From: Selaginella moellendorffii
Taxonomy: Eukaryota; Plantae; Lycopodiophyta
Length of the DNA stretch: 64,000 bases
NCBI RefSeq assembly: GCF_000143415.4
Contig: NW_003314452.1
Span: 14,652-78,651 of the forward strand
Direction of reading: 5' to 3'
Below, one piece after another: positions 1-13,679 of this stretch. The stretch's first letter is position 1, and each line of letters starts with the position of its first letter. Below the pieces are notes generated by a model. The model was not told the DNA's origin. It ran no database searches and was given only the letters and a program-made list of their open reading frames with translations. Position numbers and translations under genes: made by a program.

Positions 1-3000
1 TGTTATCCTATGGTAAATCACCATAGGATAAAGGGTCAAAACCACGTGCGCTACATTTGGTATCAGAGAATGAGTCTCAGCGAGTACTATTCAATGAGAT
101 TGGGCAACTAGTCTCGTTGCATACGCAGAGATGAAAACGATGATCCGAGTGGGTACACGTTTGGGTGCAAAGACTTCGCATTGGTTCCTTGGGTATGGAT
201 TTGGTTACCTTCTTGTACCGTAATTATGTGAGCTTGCTCTTAGGCTCATAAGATGGATTTGAATTGTTCCAATAGCATGAGTTTGCTCTTGGGCTCATGA
301 GTGAGGCACATTAGCAACTCAAGGTTGCACTTTGAGTTGGTAGGATTAATGTTAGCCTATTGGTGGTTCCATGAGTGGTTCCAGTGGTTCCATGAGTTAT
401 TCCTTGTACCATGGGTGAAAGCAAACCTACCTAGGTTTGCTATGAGTGGCAAATAGGCTGGTCCGTAGCTGTTTAGCACGGCACTAGTGGATCCTTCCTA
501 GGCATGATTATAATTGGATCAATCAAGATTGTAGGGAATAGTCTATTGGTTCAAGTAATCATTGCCGTGCTCTCTCATAAACTTTTCTTGGATTGAACTG
601 AAGGCAGTGCGAAAGCAAGCTTGAGGTTTGGTCAAAGATGAAACCGAAAAGAGAGTCATCGAGGACGGAGGATCAAATACGTAAATCATCTTCTCTTCTT
701 GGAGAGATGATTTGCAACGAGGTGTTAACTCATTGCTTGTGTTCACATCATGCAATCAAGAGTCCCTACCTTGATGCATGTTGGAAGTGATGGTCTTACA
801 AGTGGTGAGTTATGGGATGGATAGTGGTGAAACACTAAACCATTTTGTCTAGGCTCGATATTGGAAGACTTGGGTTGCAATGCTCAATTCTTTTCCGGGG
901 AACCTTGCTATTGCTCCTTGAGTAGCTTAGTGTTGGATTAGTGTTGAGTTTGGTCGGAAAGAGAGTGGCATGAGCTTGTCCGTGTTGTAAACAAAAGTTA
1001 GCGATGTTGGGTGTTGTAAATCTCTATTGGTGGAGTGTGGCATTTATGTTGCATTTTGTCGAATTGAGTTGGCACTTGATACTCACATAAACTTTTGAAG
1101 TAATGACATAAGCATTGCTCATTGCGTTACTCAATTGATGATCAAGTCATTATGATGCTTATATCATATCCATGTGATAAAGAGTAATGCGTTTACAAAG
1201 TTGCTTGGATAAACGATGATCAACCCCCAACTTGGTTGATGGAGAAGCTAGTCTACTTGCATGTAGTAGCATTGTAGTAGCTTTGACTGGATTCTCTATA
1301 GTGGTCAATTATGCTAAGCTTAAGTTGGTTCCTTGTTTCCTTGAGTTGGCCCATAAGGTGTTGGAAAGGGTTGTAGCATTCATTTGCTATACCTTGTCGG
1401 TTGATCCGTTAGCACTTGGAGTAGATTGTTGGATGGAGAAAATGTGGAGTTGGGGCATTGACGTCACTAGCACTTGTGTTAGTGGAAGTGGCATTGTTAT
1501 TTCAAGTGATGAGGAATTTTCCTTAGACCTTGATTTTTCATGTCATTTTTCTTGTTAGTGTTTTGGCTTCACATTGGATCTTGAAGGTGATTGAAGAAGA
1601 GTGTTAGTGCAATATGGATATCCGAAGATGTGGTCTTCGTGATCAAGCCTTGGATGTTCATTTTGCACTTTACGGATGTCGGTGTTGGATATCGGAAAAA
1701 TGGGCAAAGATGTTCGATGCTTAAGCATATTGATGGATCATGAGAATTTGTGTTGAGGTGAACCTATGTGAAGTTGTAGGTAGGAGGAAGTTGGTTGAGT
1801 CTTGAAAGTTTGCAATCCTGGACTGAGAGTCATTCTTTCTCTAGGATGGGAAATTTTCCACAAATTTTCTTAGACTTCTCCAATGGCTGATCTGTTGGTC
1901 ACTTTGCTCAAAAACCATTCCGTTTTTGTAAGCCAGTACAAACTAGTGAAGGGGTTGAGTTGACTTCAGTTAACTTAGACCTTGATAGGTAGTTTGTATA
2001 ATGCGGCCCGAAAGGGATGTTGACTTTTGAGGCTAAAACAATTGAGTTGGATAGAGTCTAGAGTTGATATCGAAAAGTGGCCGTTGCACTTTTCTCAGAA
2101 AGGTGACCCTTGTACCTTTCTTTTGTAGCGTTATGCTTGGTGGCAGGTTGCATCTTGCATTATGTTAGACTCTATGAGAGTAGTGAGCTCTCACTGATCT
2201 TGACTTGGTCTTGGTGGCCATGCGCCTTGGCTGAGGATGGTGATGTCCAATTTAGTTGTTTGAGGTTGCGATGTTGGTACCCGTACTATAGCTTTGTCTA
2301 TGAGGAGGTTGTGTACCAATATGAGTCCATCTCATGGTCTTCACTTTAGTTTCGACTGAGTGTTGATCATGCATAGCTAGCCTCTTTAAGGCATGTTCAG
2401 AGCTATTGACTAAATGCATTAGTGAGCTTATTGCGGTTGAGTTGGATTCGAGTGGTCATTTAGTTTGTGCTTGTCTATGAACTTTTATCTCGTACCTAGG
2501 GTATTATGTTCATGTTGGACAAGTATGTGACTCGATGATATGAGTTGGTGTTTGGGTCTTGTGAACGCAAGTTGAAGAGTGATTGTTAGTTACTTTGCGA
2601 CTAGTGATTACTTGTAGACTTCATCAAGGACAGTTGACATTTGCTTTGTTCGATGATGATTTAGCAGTGATGGGCTTGCTTTACCGGATGGTGTTGCAGA
2701 GGATCGTGTCGTTAGACTTGCATAGGTTTTCTATGTTAGTATATCGATTCTATCTTTGTCGATATCATTTGGTTACGTTTAGTCCGTGGTGTTGGATTTC
2801 ATTGAGTCTTGGATGTGGTGATTCACTCTTTGATGAAATGTTAATATCTATAACTGAGTATTGCTGAAGGATTGGTCTCGGATACTAAGTATAGTATCTT
2901 CAACTTTGGTTAGCTTGGTTGCTGGAAAGCTCCGAGTGGTGATTCACTCTTGCTTTCTTCTAGCTTTGTCCTGATGTTGATGGCATTGAAGTGATGCCTT

Positions 3001-4540
3001 GTCATTGATATTGTTGATATTGAGATCTGAGTGAAATGAGATATCCTTCCAAGGATTGATATTGAGTTTCATTAGTCTTGATGAATATAGTGTTGATGAT
3101 TTGGCTATAGCTTTGTGTTGTTGGCATTTGTGCATTTTGCTAGTTAGCAACTGTGTTGACGTTCAAACGAACTGAGTGGCAAGTTGAGTTAGTTGTCTTC
3201 TAGACGAGATTATTTAGTAGAGGGTTGAGCTTTAGCTTTTCCTTGAAAAGTGATTTAGTCGTGGACTATGCTAACTCTACAAGCAAAAGAGTTAGTGATC
3301 AATATTGGGAAGTTTGAATCCTTATTGGGTTTGAATTCGAATATATTGATCATTGATGATTCCCCTTGTGCTTGTTACGATGTGAACTACGTCTTGGTAT
3401 AGATGGATTCATGGAGGATCGATTAGATGATCATTTGTTGAGCATAGCTCCATTGTGCTTGGCTTTTGAGTGATGCAAATCTGCTCTTCATTAGCTTTGC
3501 ATTATGAAGTATAGCTTATGGAGGTGTTTAAGCAGATGTCGTGGGTTATACCATGATTTCTCTTTAGCATTGATGTTAGTTCATGTGAGACTCGTGATCA
3601 TTATTAGGCAAGACTTAGCTATAGGCTTCTTCGAGCTTTGGTTCTTTGAGTTTTATGCTCATTGTTCCATTTGTTAGAAGTTGTTAGGGAAGGCATTTTG
3701 GCTCATTAGCTTTAATGTTGAAGTTGGCTTTTGCATCTAGCAATCATTGGTGATGATTGACTATCATCTAGGAAAGTTGATTATCCTTGTCGAAGGTTTT
3801 GCTTGATTATCATTGATCTAAAAAGATTTGCCATTGTTCCGGATGGTGGATTCTTTCTTCAATGACGATTATGCATCTCTTTATTGATGGGATGATTGAT
3901 GATCTTTCATGATGGTTAGTTGTTCTCTTTGATGGCTTATGGCTTTTTGCAATACCACATGTTCTTTGTGGTTTGCTCTGGATTGGTCTCTTGGGTTTGA
4001 GACGTCAGTAGGATGTTGCTGACACTTGCTTAGGCAACTTGAGTTCCTTGGTATTGTTGGCTGGGATCTATTCAGATTGGCTTTTGTGATAGTTGGCAGG
4101 AATGAGTGTTTGTTGGTCTTACCACATTCATTTTCTTCTGTTGATTGTTGCTTGAGTTAGTTTTGATAGATTTGGATGTTATTTCCTTTGGGTGATACAT
4201 TCGCGAGCATTGTGCTTGTTAGTCAATGATACTTTGTGTTCTTTGAGTTCTCTCTAATAAATTGTTGGCTTACTGTCTACTATCTTCGATAGTTAAGTTT
4301 TATCATTGAGTTTCCTTGATGATATACTAGCTATTGAATTTTGTTGGATGGTCATTCCTGTGTTTGCCAAATTATGATGATCTTGGTGGTTCCTATCTAC
4401 TATAATACTAGTTTATCGGATGATAACTTATTTGGAATACATTTGTGTTCTCATCTAAGCTTTATTCACTGATAATTAAATCTCTAAGATATCATTGTTT
4501 ATGACTTTGATATAGTCCCTATCTATTGATCTTTGAGTTT
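1..4540 (+). mobile_element. Heavily decayed Ty3/Gypsy LTR retrotransposon (end of 5' LTR, PBS, gag-pol remnants)
   Basis: LTR-like end ...GCTACA (55) followed by TGGTATCAGAG (58-68). Protease-like LVDGEAS (1232), RT-like YLGYYV (~2490), DALS (~2995), then integrase-like remnants in PR-RT-RH-INT order. No long ORF; right boundary approximate. Confidence 0.6.
58..68 (+). promoter_or_regulatory. Primer-binding site, initiator tRNA-Met type
   Basis: TGGTATCAGAG two nt after a CA-ending LTR-like sequence. Confidence 0.8.
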
Positions 4541-6037
4541 GGGCCAGTATAGGCAGACTGGCTTCGGCACTTCGTGTGCATGTTGAAATCTCTAGTCATG
4601 GGGTAGCTACTGTCGACTGGTCACATAACCCGCCCCTCTGTCGATGTTCCTTATTCCGTTGAAAGGGCGTGACCGTGTAAACAACTCTAACTGCCTGTTT
4701 ACAGTAGTCTATCTAAACCTTACCGACGGGTTTGGTTTCTTTGCTTAGGAGGGTTGGGGCCTCTGGCTTCTCTCTCTATGTTCCTGCGGGCAGGGGCATA
4801 TCACACTTTTGTAGCTGGGTGACCCCCAGAGCAGCAAGGGTGGCTGACTTCGTTGGTCATTTCCTTGTCGGCGACGGCCGGAAGGTGTCTAAGCTGGTAG
4901 CGCATCCGCGTTAGACAAAGAGGTTGCTCCCTAACTCATTTAAGTTGGTGCATTTCTCACATAGTGTGAGTACCGTGAACTTTTTCGAGAGTTGTTTCCT
5001 TGGCGGTATTCTAGACTGGAGTATGCATCGACGAGGATGTCGATCTTCCCAAGGGGGGGAGAGTGTCGCGAATATGACTTCAGGTATCGAAAGTTACCTG
5101 TCGGCTAGTCCTTTCGGATATTCTCACCTTACTGCCACGACGGCAGGAGGTCGGTATTGCTGGACCCTTTATCAGTCCCTCTTGTGCTAGTGGAGTTAAC
5201 TGGGCATTTCGAGTGTACTTAGACCAGACGAGCATAAGGACGGAATTCCTACGTGTTATTAGCTAAGCATACTTAGCCCGGTAAGGAGTTCCCATCTCGT
5301 TTTGTCTTGCACTTGCTAGTGACAAGAACCCTCGCGTATTGAGATTAGTCCCTCAATATCGCTACATGATAGCTTACCGTGTCTGCCAAACACCCTCACT
5401 ATCATGCCCTTTGTGTTAGTCTCATTTCGGTCCCAAATGCTATTTATGGAAAGTGTTTAGATTCGCTCATTTGGCATATCTACGGAATGTAGAGATTGGC
5501 CCGAACACAATGGTGTTCGTCCCGTGTCCAAATTCACAATCTAGGGACATTCCATATTTAGTAAGTTTCGAGTTTGTCCCAGAGACTAACTCCTAATACT
5601 AAGGGAGGCTTGGGGTGAAAGCCCAAAGCGTGTGTTCCTCAAGGGGGGGGGGGCTGTGGGGGTTCCAAATGTATAGTAGGGATAGTGGGTAGGTTGGGCA
5701 TGGCCGACCAACCTAAGGCATAGTCTAGCTCTCGCTTGCGTGCCTGTCCTTGTTCTGCGTCCGGCTTGGGTCTAAGCCCAAGTTCCATTCCATGCTAGCT
5801 GGTGGAGTACCCATACTCTCACGTTAGGCCACCGGTATGCCAAAATAGCACCAGACTCCGTTTGGCTCCGTTTTGCGTGCTAGTCCTGGCATTGGGATGC
5901 TGGTTGCTCTAGGACTGTTCCAAGTCACTCCGGGCCCCTGTCCCTTCGCTCCTTGGGCTATATGCTCGGGAGTTGCTCCGTGGTCCGGTTCCATCACCCC
6001 TTGGTGTCACGCTTGGGAGTTTGGCACCGTTCTTTGT
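4540..6037. mobile_element. Long LTR-like repeat (family L), truncated at the start of the array
   Basis: Non-coding. Diverged homologues at 9320-9690, 10205-10545, 14400-14800(rc), 38360-39140(rc) and 53990-54530, e.g. GGTATCGAAAGTTACC, TTCCAAATGTATAGTAGGGATAGTGGG, CTAGCTGGTGGAGTACCCATA. Confidence 0.6.
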
Positions 6038-8569
6038 GATATGTTAAAGGTGATTACTTAATTCATTAGTGATGTTTTGATCCACTCGAAGGGGATATGG
6101 GAAGAATATATGTTTGTAAAGTGTTAAATCAATTATGGGAAGTTGGTTCAAAGTTGAAGTGGTCGAAGTGTGTATTTGACTCTAATGACACGACTTATCT
6201 TGAATACCGTATTTTTCGTGAGGGTTTGCAAGTTGATCCTGACAAGCTTGTGGGTGTTTTAATGTTCCCTACTCCAAAGTGTGTAAATGATATGTAGTGC
6301 TTTCTAAATAAAGTGTAGTATCTTAGTTATTTTGGGGATCATCTTTTTTATCACATTGCACTGTTGTAAGTGCTGTCGAAGTCATCAACATCATCTTTCA
6401 TCTAGTCTGTGGATTGTGAGTAGGCATTCATGGATTTCAAAAAGCTATTGACGACTCTTCCGGTTTTGGCGTATCCTAACTACACTCGACTTTTCATTTT
6501 GCACATAAATGCTTTTGATATTGGTCTTGGAGGTGTATTGATGCAAAAGAGCGTGAGTGTGTTTGGTTAGCGCCATCCCATTGCATATATAAGCTGTATA
6601 TTACAACCAGCAGAAGCAAACTACTTCACGACAGAGAAAGAATATTTAGTAACAATCTGGGGTTTTGAAAAACTTCACGCATATCTACATGGTTCTTGGA
6701 AATTATTGGAAGGTGATTATGCTACCATTACTTCATTATTGAAATGAAAAAACTTTATTGGTCATATGACTCGGTGGGCTTTGAAGCTTTAGATATATAA
6801 TTTTAATAATGTTCATCACCCAGGGAGTTCTATGGCTGATGCTAATGCCTTTTCTCGAGCTCCTCTTCCTTATTTGCCCTTTTCTTATGTTTCTAATGAG
6901 TGTGTTGTTCTAGCATCTGTGGATTTTCTAGACAAGGATTCTGTGTTGTTAGCAGTTGTTGTATTTAATGTTCAATATCCACAAGGTGTAAAACAGAATT
7001 TACCTTCTCTTGATGAGGTTTGTGAAGTTCAAAAGATTGAGTCATGGATTTGAAGGCTTCATAATGGGTTTAAAAATTTTACATCACGTACTGATGACTT
7101 GCCACTCCGGCATTTACTTTTTTAATATTACTTTGGAAACAACCTTCTTTATTTTATGGGTACGAATCCTTATGATCGTTTATAGTTGGTAGTGCCTTCA
7201 ATCTTTATTTCATGGTTCCTCCATGCCTACCATGATTCTCCTATTCTAGGCGGGCATATGGGACATCGTCATATGACCAAAAAGCTATGTAAATCTTTTT
7301 ATTAGCCCGAGATGCAACGTGATTTTATTCAATATGTGCATAGCTGTGTTTGGTGCTAAGCTCATAATACTACCCCTTGTGCTGCAAAAGGATAGTTGGA
7401 GTCAATTGCAGTTTCCCATCCTTTTGAGTTGGTGGCATTTGATCTTATGGGACTTTTTCCATGATTGACTGCTGATAATGAGTATGTTATTATTACTTTT
7501 GACTGCTTAACTTGTTGGGTGGAAGTTGGTGCTCTTCCTAGCGCCTCTGTAACTACTGTTGGATACTTCCTCCTCAATCAAGTGGTGTTCCAACATTTTT
7601 TTCTAGAGCGGATTTTTTCGGATAATGGTCCCACATTTATCGCTGAGGCATTTTATGTTTTGACGTCTCAGTTATGGATACGCCATACGTTCACGAGTGC
7701 TTATCATCCACAGTTAAACGATTTGATAGAACAGCTCATTTAGACATTCAAAGGGATGATCACAAAGCATGTGAATTTTTAGCATTGGATGGGATGGTTA
7801 TTTATTGTCTCTTCGGTATGCGAATGTCACAGGGGTGTAGAGTTTTGTTGGTGCTTCACTATATAAACTCTTATATGGTCATGATCCAATATTACTAATG
7901 GAGTTAGATTTACTTTTGTGATTGCCACAAGCTGCCAATGCTAGGTCGTAGGATTAGTATTTGATGGGAATTCTTCCACTTATCCAAGTAGAGTCTACAA
8001 AAATCTAGGTCACGTACAAGTGGGACAACAATAGCACTACAACACCCATCATTGTTCATTTACGGAGTACAAAGTGGATGAATTAGTGTTAGTTTGTTTT
8101 CCCCATCTTATGGTATATGGTTTATCTAAGGGGCTCTATGTTCAGTAGAAAGGACCATATAATGTGTTGCAGCAAGTTGGATCATAAGTTTATAAGGTTT
8201 AGCATGATGTCAAACAAGTTAATCCTCTAAAAATTGTGCATGTACAGCAGTTGAAACACTTTGTATAAAGGGATCAAGAACATCTAGTACCAGTTATAGA
8301 TCCACCAATTTCTCCTCCTAATTTTCTTCTAGATCCTTGCCCATCTACGAGGGAACTCTAGTGGTGTTCCATTATTTCGAGAGGAGGGGATGATGTGAGG
8401 TCCAAGTGTACAACTATGATGCTATATATTAATATTGGTGTAGTTGGATTTTAGTAGCTGTCAGATTGGTTTCAATCTGAACCACTCGCTCCTATATATA
8501 AGCTAAGGTTTTTGGGCTAATTGATATGCATATTTTTTGTATTCCCTTTTCATATTCCATGCACTCATA
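6030..8569 (+). mobile_element. Decayed Gypsy element G1, 3' half (RT end, RNase H, integrase, PPT, 176-bp 3' LTR 8394-8569)
   Basis: ADANAFSR, FSDNGPTF, TSAYHPQ motifs with many stops; PPT GAGAGGAGGGGATGA 8379-8393 followed by TGTGAGG...GCACTCA(T)A. Confidence 0.9.
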
Positions 8570-9317
8570 CACAAATAATTATTCCTTTAATTACAGCCTT
8601 ATTATTTTTCTCCTTTTTTATGATCATCTTTTAAAGTGCTATCTATAACACCTAAAATATATGTAAATAATAATATTATATAAAACTTTAAAAATAAATT
8701 ACCTGCTTTTTTCATCATCTTCATCATCATATGAGATTATATCATTCAAGGTAGCATGTTTATCACCTTAAAATTATAAGTATTAACAATATATGTATAA
8801 TTATTTATTATTAGCTATATATATATTTCTCTTTCTCTCTAATAAGTTATTAATTATTTTTGTTTTATTTCTAATCTAGATGTAATATAATATAAATAAG
8901 GAACTATACAGTAACTTAAAAATTAATGTTGCTTACATCATTATTTATTATATAGTTAGAAATACAATAATAATATTAAATAAATTTTCTCTAAATTATA
9001 AATAAATTATAAGAAAATATGTCTCTGATATATTATTTTTTAATTATAGTTAATTACTTGGATCCCTTGGAAATGATGAACTTGAAAAGATTACACAATA
9101 GCTAGTGCAAAATTAGTTTTATAATCTTGTAGTAGAGTAACTAATAGAGCAACAATAGTATGCATAGCAGTTTTAGTTTACTTTAGAAAATATAGTGTAA
9201 AGCATATACCTAAAATATTTAATATATAATAAAATATTCCTTATTCTAAGGGTTATAATTTCTTGCTGTAAAACTTTTCTATAATTCATTTTTATCAAGA
9301 TTTAATTCTAATATTCT

Positions 9318-9690
9318 TGGGGGATGAGAAGGGGGGTCGAGCTTCCTATTGGGTGTGTCTATCTTTATTTTACATTTGGCTTAGGTCTAAGCTTAAGATC
9401 CATACCATGTTAGCTAGTGGAGTATTTATATCCTCGGGCTAGACCATTAATATGTTGAAATAATGCTTTAGCTTTGTTTTACATGTTTGTTTTAATGTTG
9501 GGATGTTAAAATTTTTAAGACTATTTTTGTGTTGTTTTGTGCTCCTGTTTCATCACTCCTTAGTTGCATATTCAAGAGTTGTTCCATACTTTTATTTCTT
9601 TGTTCATTAGACATATGCTTAGGAGTTTGATTCTATCATTTTGTTTAGTGGCCTAAGGCCCTAAAACTTAGGTGTTGCCCTTAGCACACA
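9318..9690. mobile_element. Degenerate family-L LTR fragment
   Basis: Homologous to 5640-6037; ends ...CCCTAAAACTTAGGTG...TAGCACA. A second fragment lies at ~10205-10546. Confidence 0.55.
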
Positions 9691-10555
9691 TATCTCAAAA
9701 GTTAGGTCTATTCCATTGCTATCCTATAGTAATTAAAATGTGAAAATCATGATTTTGTCTTAAAGCATATGCTAGAAGATAAAGATGATTTTATCTTGAA
9801 GCATATGCTAAAAGATAACCATGCAAAGTAAAAGAGGATCCATGACAATCAAAAGGTGGTAATATAACCATACAAGCAATAACTTGATAGATATAAAGGA
9901 ATTCAAAGTGCTCAACCATATGTTGTGTGGCATCAGAATTAATAATAAGAGTAAAAAACAACTAATAGTTAATAAAGCACCAGTAACATGAGTATGATTG
10001 TGTTGAAAATCCTTAGTTAAAAATAAAATAGGAGAAGATGAGTCATCAATAGTAGTATATGTCTATTGTTGTTATCTATTAGAACTAGTAGCAATATAAG
10101 CTTCAGGGACTTGCCATGGATGAGGAATAACATGAGAAATTGAATAAGTATTATTTAGACGTTGACAAAAAAATTAGGAAATATGGCCAAAACGATTTTA
10201 AATATATAGTAGGGATGGGCGTGGTTGACCAACCTGAAACATCATCTAACTTCTTATTAGGCATGTTTATTTTTGTTTTATGTTTGGCTTAAGTTTAAGC
10301 CCAAACTTTGTACTATATTAGCTGGTGGAATATCTTTATGTTAGGCCACCATTATGCTAAAATAGTCCTTTAGCTCCATTTTATGTGATAGTTTTGATAT
10401 TGGAATGCTAAAAGCTCTATTCCTTATTCCTTATTTGTTCTTATTCCTTTGTTCATTAGCTTTATATATACTCAAGAGTTTTGTTCATCCCTTTGTTTAG
10501 TGGCCAAGGCCCTAAAACTTAGGTGCCACTCTATTGCCATTAGCACATATATATA

Positions 10556-11068
10556 TATAAGCTTTTAAATTTGGATTTCTCATAATGTCACTAACCCCAA
10601 TACTATTTAAACTTAAGGACACTTAACCTTAATATTTTAAAACCCTTAAATGATTAAAAAAAAGGGGTGCACTTTTATTTATCCCTTTATATTTGAACTC
10701 TATAGATCAATGTCTCAAATCATTCCCTTTGGTTTTTTATAATTCATTATGTTTCTCTATACAGTTGCAACTCTTTTGACACTGTACAAGTCAAGCCCAA
10801 CAAGAATAAATTAGACTTGCCAAATGTTAATCTCAACACATGGTATGATTCCTCTAGCTAACTAAACGTCAAACCCAAGACCCTTTTAATACCAAATGTA
10901 AGCTCTTAAATTTAAATTTTTTGGGAGGTCACCCAATTTAGTTTATTCAAACCCAAGAACACTTAACCCCAAGTATTCCAAGACCTCTAACTGATTAAAA
11001 AAAAGGTTGCAGTTTTATTTATGGGCCTTTCCCCTTATATTTGAACCTCATATATCATCTCTCGAATC
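10556..11068 (-). mobile_element. Cassandra-like TRIM (two short LTRs with 5S rRNA-derived boxes, PBS, PPT)
   Basis: Minus strand reads GGTTAAGTGTTCTTGGGTTTGAATAAACTAAATTGGGTGACCTCCC (resembles the 5S A box to C box), LTR end GCTTACA (10897), PBS-like TGGTATTAAAAG (10894-10883), a ~175-bp internal region, PPT-like AAAGGGAATGAT and a second LTR. Confidence 0.75.
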
Positions 11069-11349
11069 AATTAGAAACTAACACACGAATCAATTAGAAA
11101 CTAACTTGAGACCTTCAATCCCCAAGAAGGTTCATGCAAGTGGTCGTGAGTAAGGATAAACTTGATATTACTAGAATATTCCAAGTCGTGAGAAAATAGA
11201 TATGCCTTGGTGATAAGCTGGAATACAATAGAGAAGTGCTAACTTTCCCCCTTAACTACTCTTACATGGTGGCAACTACCATTTCTTCATGAGTCATGAC
11301 TGTCAATTACGGAGCTCTACACTTTCTTTAGAGAGCTGGTCATAACTCT

Positions 11350-13515
11350 AAAAGGACATATCTTTAGAGTTAGGATTTTGCTCTTTGCAATGGAGTGTCA
11401 AGTTTGAGTCTCTGTCGTAACTTTCTTGAGTTTTTTCTTTGTTGGTGTGGTAGTGTTGGAGAAGCTTGCTTTGTGTTGGTGTTTAGCATGTTTATTGATG
11501 AGTCTTAAAAGATTCATTAGTCTCTAAGTCTTGTTTTTGGTTAAAATTCTTCATATTGTTTTCTTGAGCTTGATTTTTCTTGGATTTTTGAATTTGAGCT
11601 TTATGTTTTTTGATTGTGTTAAGTTTTTGAGCTTGAACTTTGTAAATCTTAAATATGTTGATATCTTGAGTTTGAGTTTTCATAGTCTTGATCTCTTGAT
11701 CTTCATGCTTGTAGTTCTTCTTGATGTTTTGTTCTCGATCTTTAAAATTGAAAACCTTCATTTCTTTTAATGTTGTTTTTGATGATGTTTGAGTCGTATG
11801 ATTAATATTTCTTGAGCTTGTTAAGGTTGACAGTTTAGAGATGCTCACCATCGAATGTTGCAATTGTTGCCATTCCTGGAGCTTTAAATTTTTGGATGAG
11901 GAATGGTCCTTCCCATCTTGAATTCACTCTCAAGCCAATTTTTTCAATGTTTTTTAGAAACCAAAGTACTTGATCATTGATCTTGAATTCTTCATTTTTC
12001 TTTAATCTTCTCTTTTTGTTATGATTGGTTTTTCTTCAAGCTTGAATGGCTTCGAGTGTCCAAATTGCTTATAGTCTTTCTTCGTTAAGTTTTTTTTGTG
12101 TTACTAATCTTTTCTTAATTAATTTTTCTTGGTTGATCTTGCAGTGTATTGCCATTTGCAATGAAGGAACGATGTACTTTAGTGGTGTTAGGGCTTCTAA
12201 GCCATAGGCAAGCTTGAATAGTGTCAAATTTGTTGAAACCTTATATGTTGTTCAATATACCCATAGGGCATTGTAAATGTGATTGTCCCAATCTTTCTAA
12301 TTTGTTTTCATTATTTTGTTGAGGATGTTGTTAAGTGTCTTGTTTGTCAACTCTGCTTAACAACATTGCCTTGAGCCTGCTTGCAAAATCTTGTGAGCTG
12401 TGATTTCTTCTGTGAAGTGGCCTCTTGCTTGTCCACAGTGGGCTTCTTTGAATAGATCTTGAGTTTTTCAAATTATACACATCTTCATAGTACATTGTCT
12501 CATCCTTTTTTGTACAATCTTCCTCCCACAACTGAATATGGTCTTGTCCTTAAGACAAATTATTTATGGTGATTAGAGATGGAGTATCGATTTAGTATTA
12601 TTGTTGTTATGAGGTAGTAGTAGATGTCATTCGTCCATGTTGATGATGTGTGGATGCAAAGTATGTTGGAGTCAGGAAAGTCATCCATGTTGTATTTTAG
12701 TTGTTCACTAGTTATAAGGTTGGCTTATACATGTTGTTTGCCAGGTTTGTGAATAATTTCGAAGTTGTATTCTTGAAGTAATAAGAACTATCAGGCAATT
12801 TTACGGATGAAGATGGTCTTGTTAAGGAGGTGTAAAAGTGCTTTGTGGTCAACCATGCTCTTGACTTTAGTGCCGAGTAGGTAGTGTTGAAACTTTTATA
12901 GTGCATAGACCATTCCTAAAACTTCTTTTTCAATGGTGGTGTAGTTCATCTCAGCTGAGTTGAGTCTTTGGCTCGTATAGTAGATTGGTCGGTCTTTGAG
13001 GTCTTGTTATGAGAAAATATTGCTCTAATGGCATAATCAGAGGTATCAATGTGTATTAAAGTTTTTGTCCTAGTTTGGTTGGGCGAGTATTGGAGCCCTT
13101 GTTAAGGAATTCTTGAGCATGTTGAATGCTTGTTGGCAATCTTGAGTCCAGTTGTAGACGTGATTTTTCTTCAAAAGATCTATAAAGGGTTTTGTAATTT
13201 TCACATAATCTTTGATGAAGTGTTGATGGTATCTCATTTTGCCGAGGAAGGATCGTAGTCCAGTGGTGTTTGTTGGGTGTTGCATATTGCTAATGGCAAG
13301 AGTCTTAGCTTTGTCAATGAGGATGCCTTTTTTGCAGATGATATGTCCAAGTAAGATGCCAGATTTGACGAAGAAGGTAGATTTGTCAGGGTTTAAGGTG
13401 ATGTTGTTCTCTTGACATTTGATGAAGCATTTCTCAAGATGTTGGGGATGTTATTTTTTGCTGCTAAAGATGCTGAAGTCATCCATAAAAACTCACATGA
13501 AGTTGGTGAGGTAAT
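11350..13515 (-). mobile_element. Decayed Gypsy pol fragment G2 (RT-RNaseH-integrase), 5' truncated
   Basis: FMDDF RT motif (~13480), LRSFLGK, WTQDCQQAF...APIL; IDASDYAI in the copy-B version; many stops. Confidence 0.9.
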
Positions 13516-13679
13516 ATAGTGCTTTCAATCTTTATTCTACTCTTTCTTCACGCTTACCATGACTCTTTTATTCTAAACAAGTATATTGTACATTATCATG
13601 TGACTAAGAAGCTACACATGTCTTTTTTTTAGTCAAAGATGTGATATGATATTATTCAATATATATATATATATATATG

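Noticed and set aside
3-31. 12-bp perfect hairpin TTATCCTATGGT/ACCATAGGATAA
   Set aside because: Real, but at the window edge within an LTR end; no function can be supported
5641-5660. G-run followed by TG as a PPT/LTR start
   Set aside because: Homologues (54295-54350, 48386-48455) align on both sides without this run, so it is internal to the repeat
10921-10968. 5S rRNA gene
   Set aside because: Only the internal promoter segment is similar and it is embedded in an LTR; no full 120-nt gene
11492-11863. K/Q/N-rich 123-aa ORF and hydrophobic antisense ORF (env-like?)
   Set aside because: Low-complexity tail of G2; the frame is not preserved among the three copies
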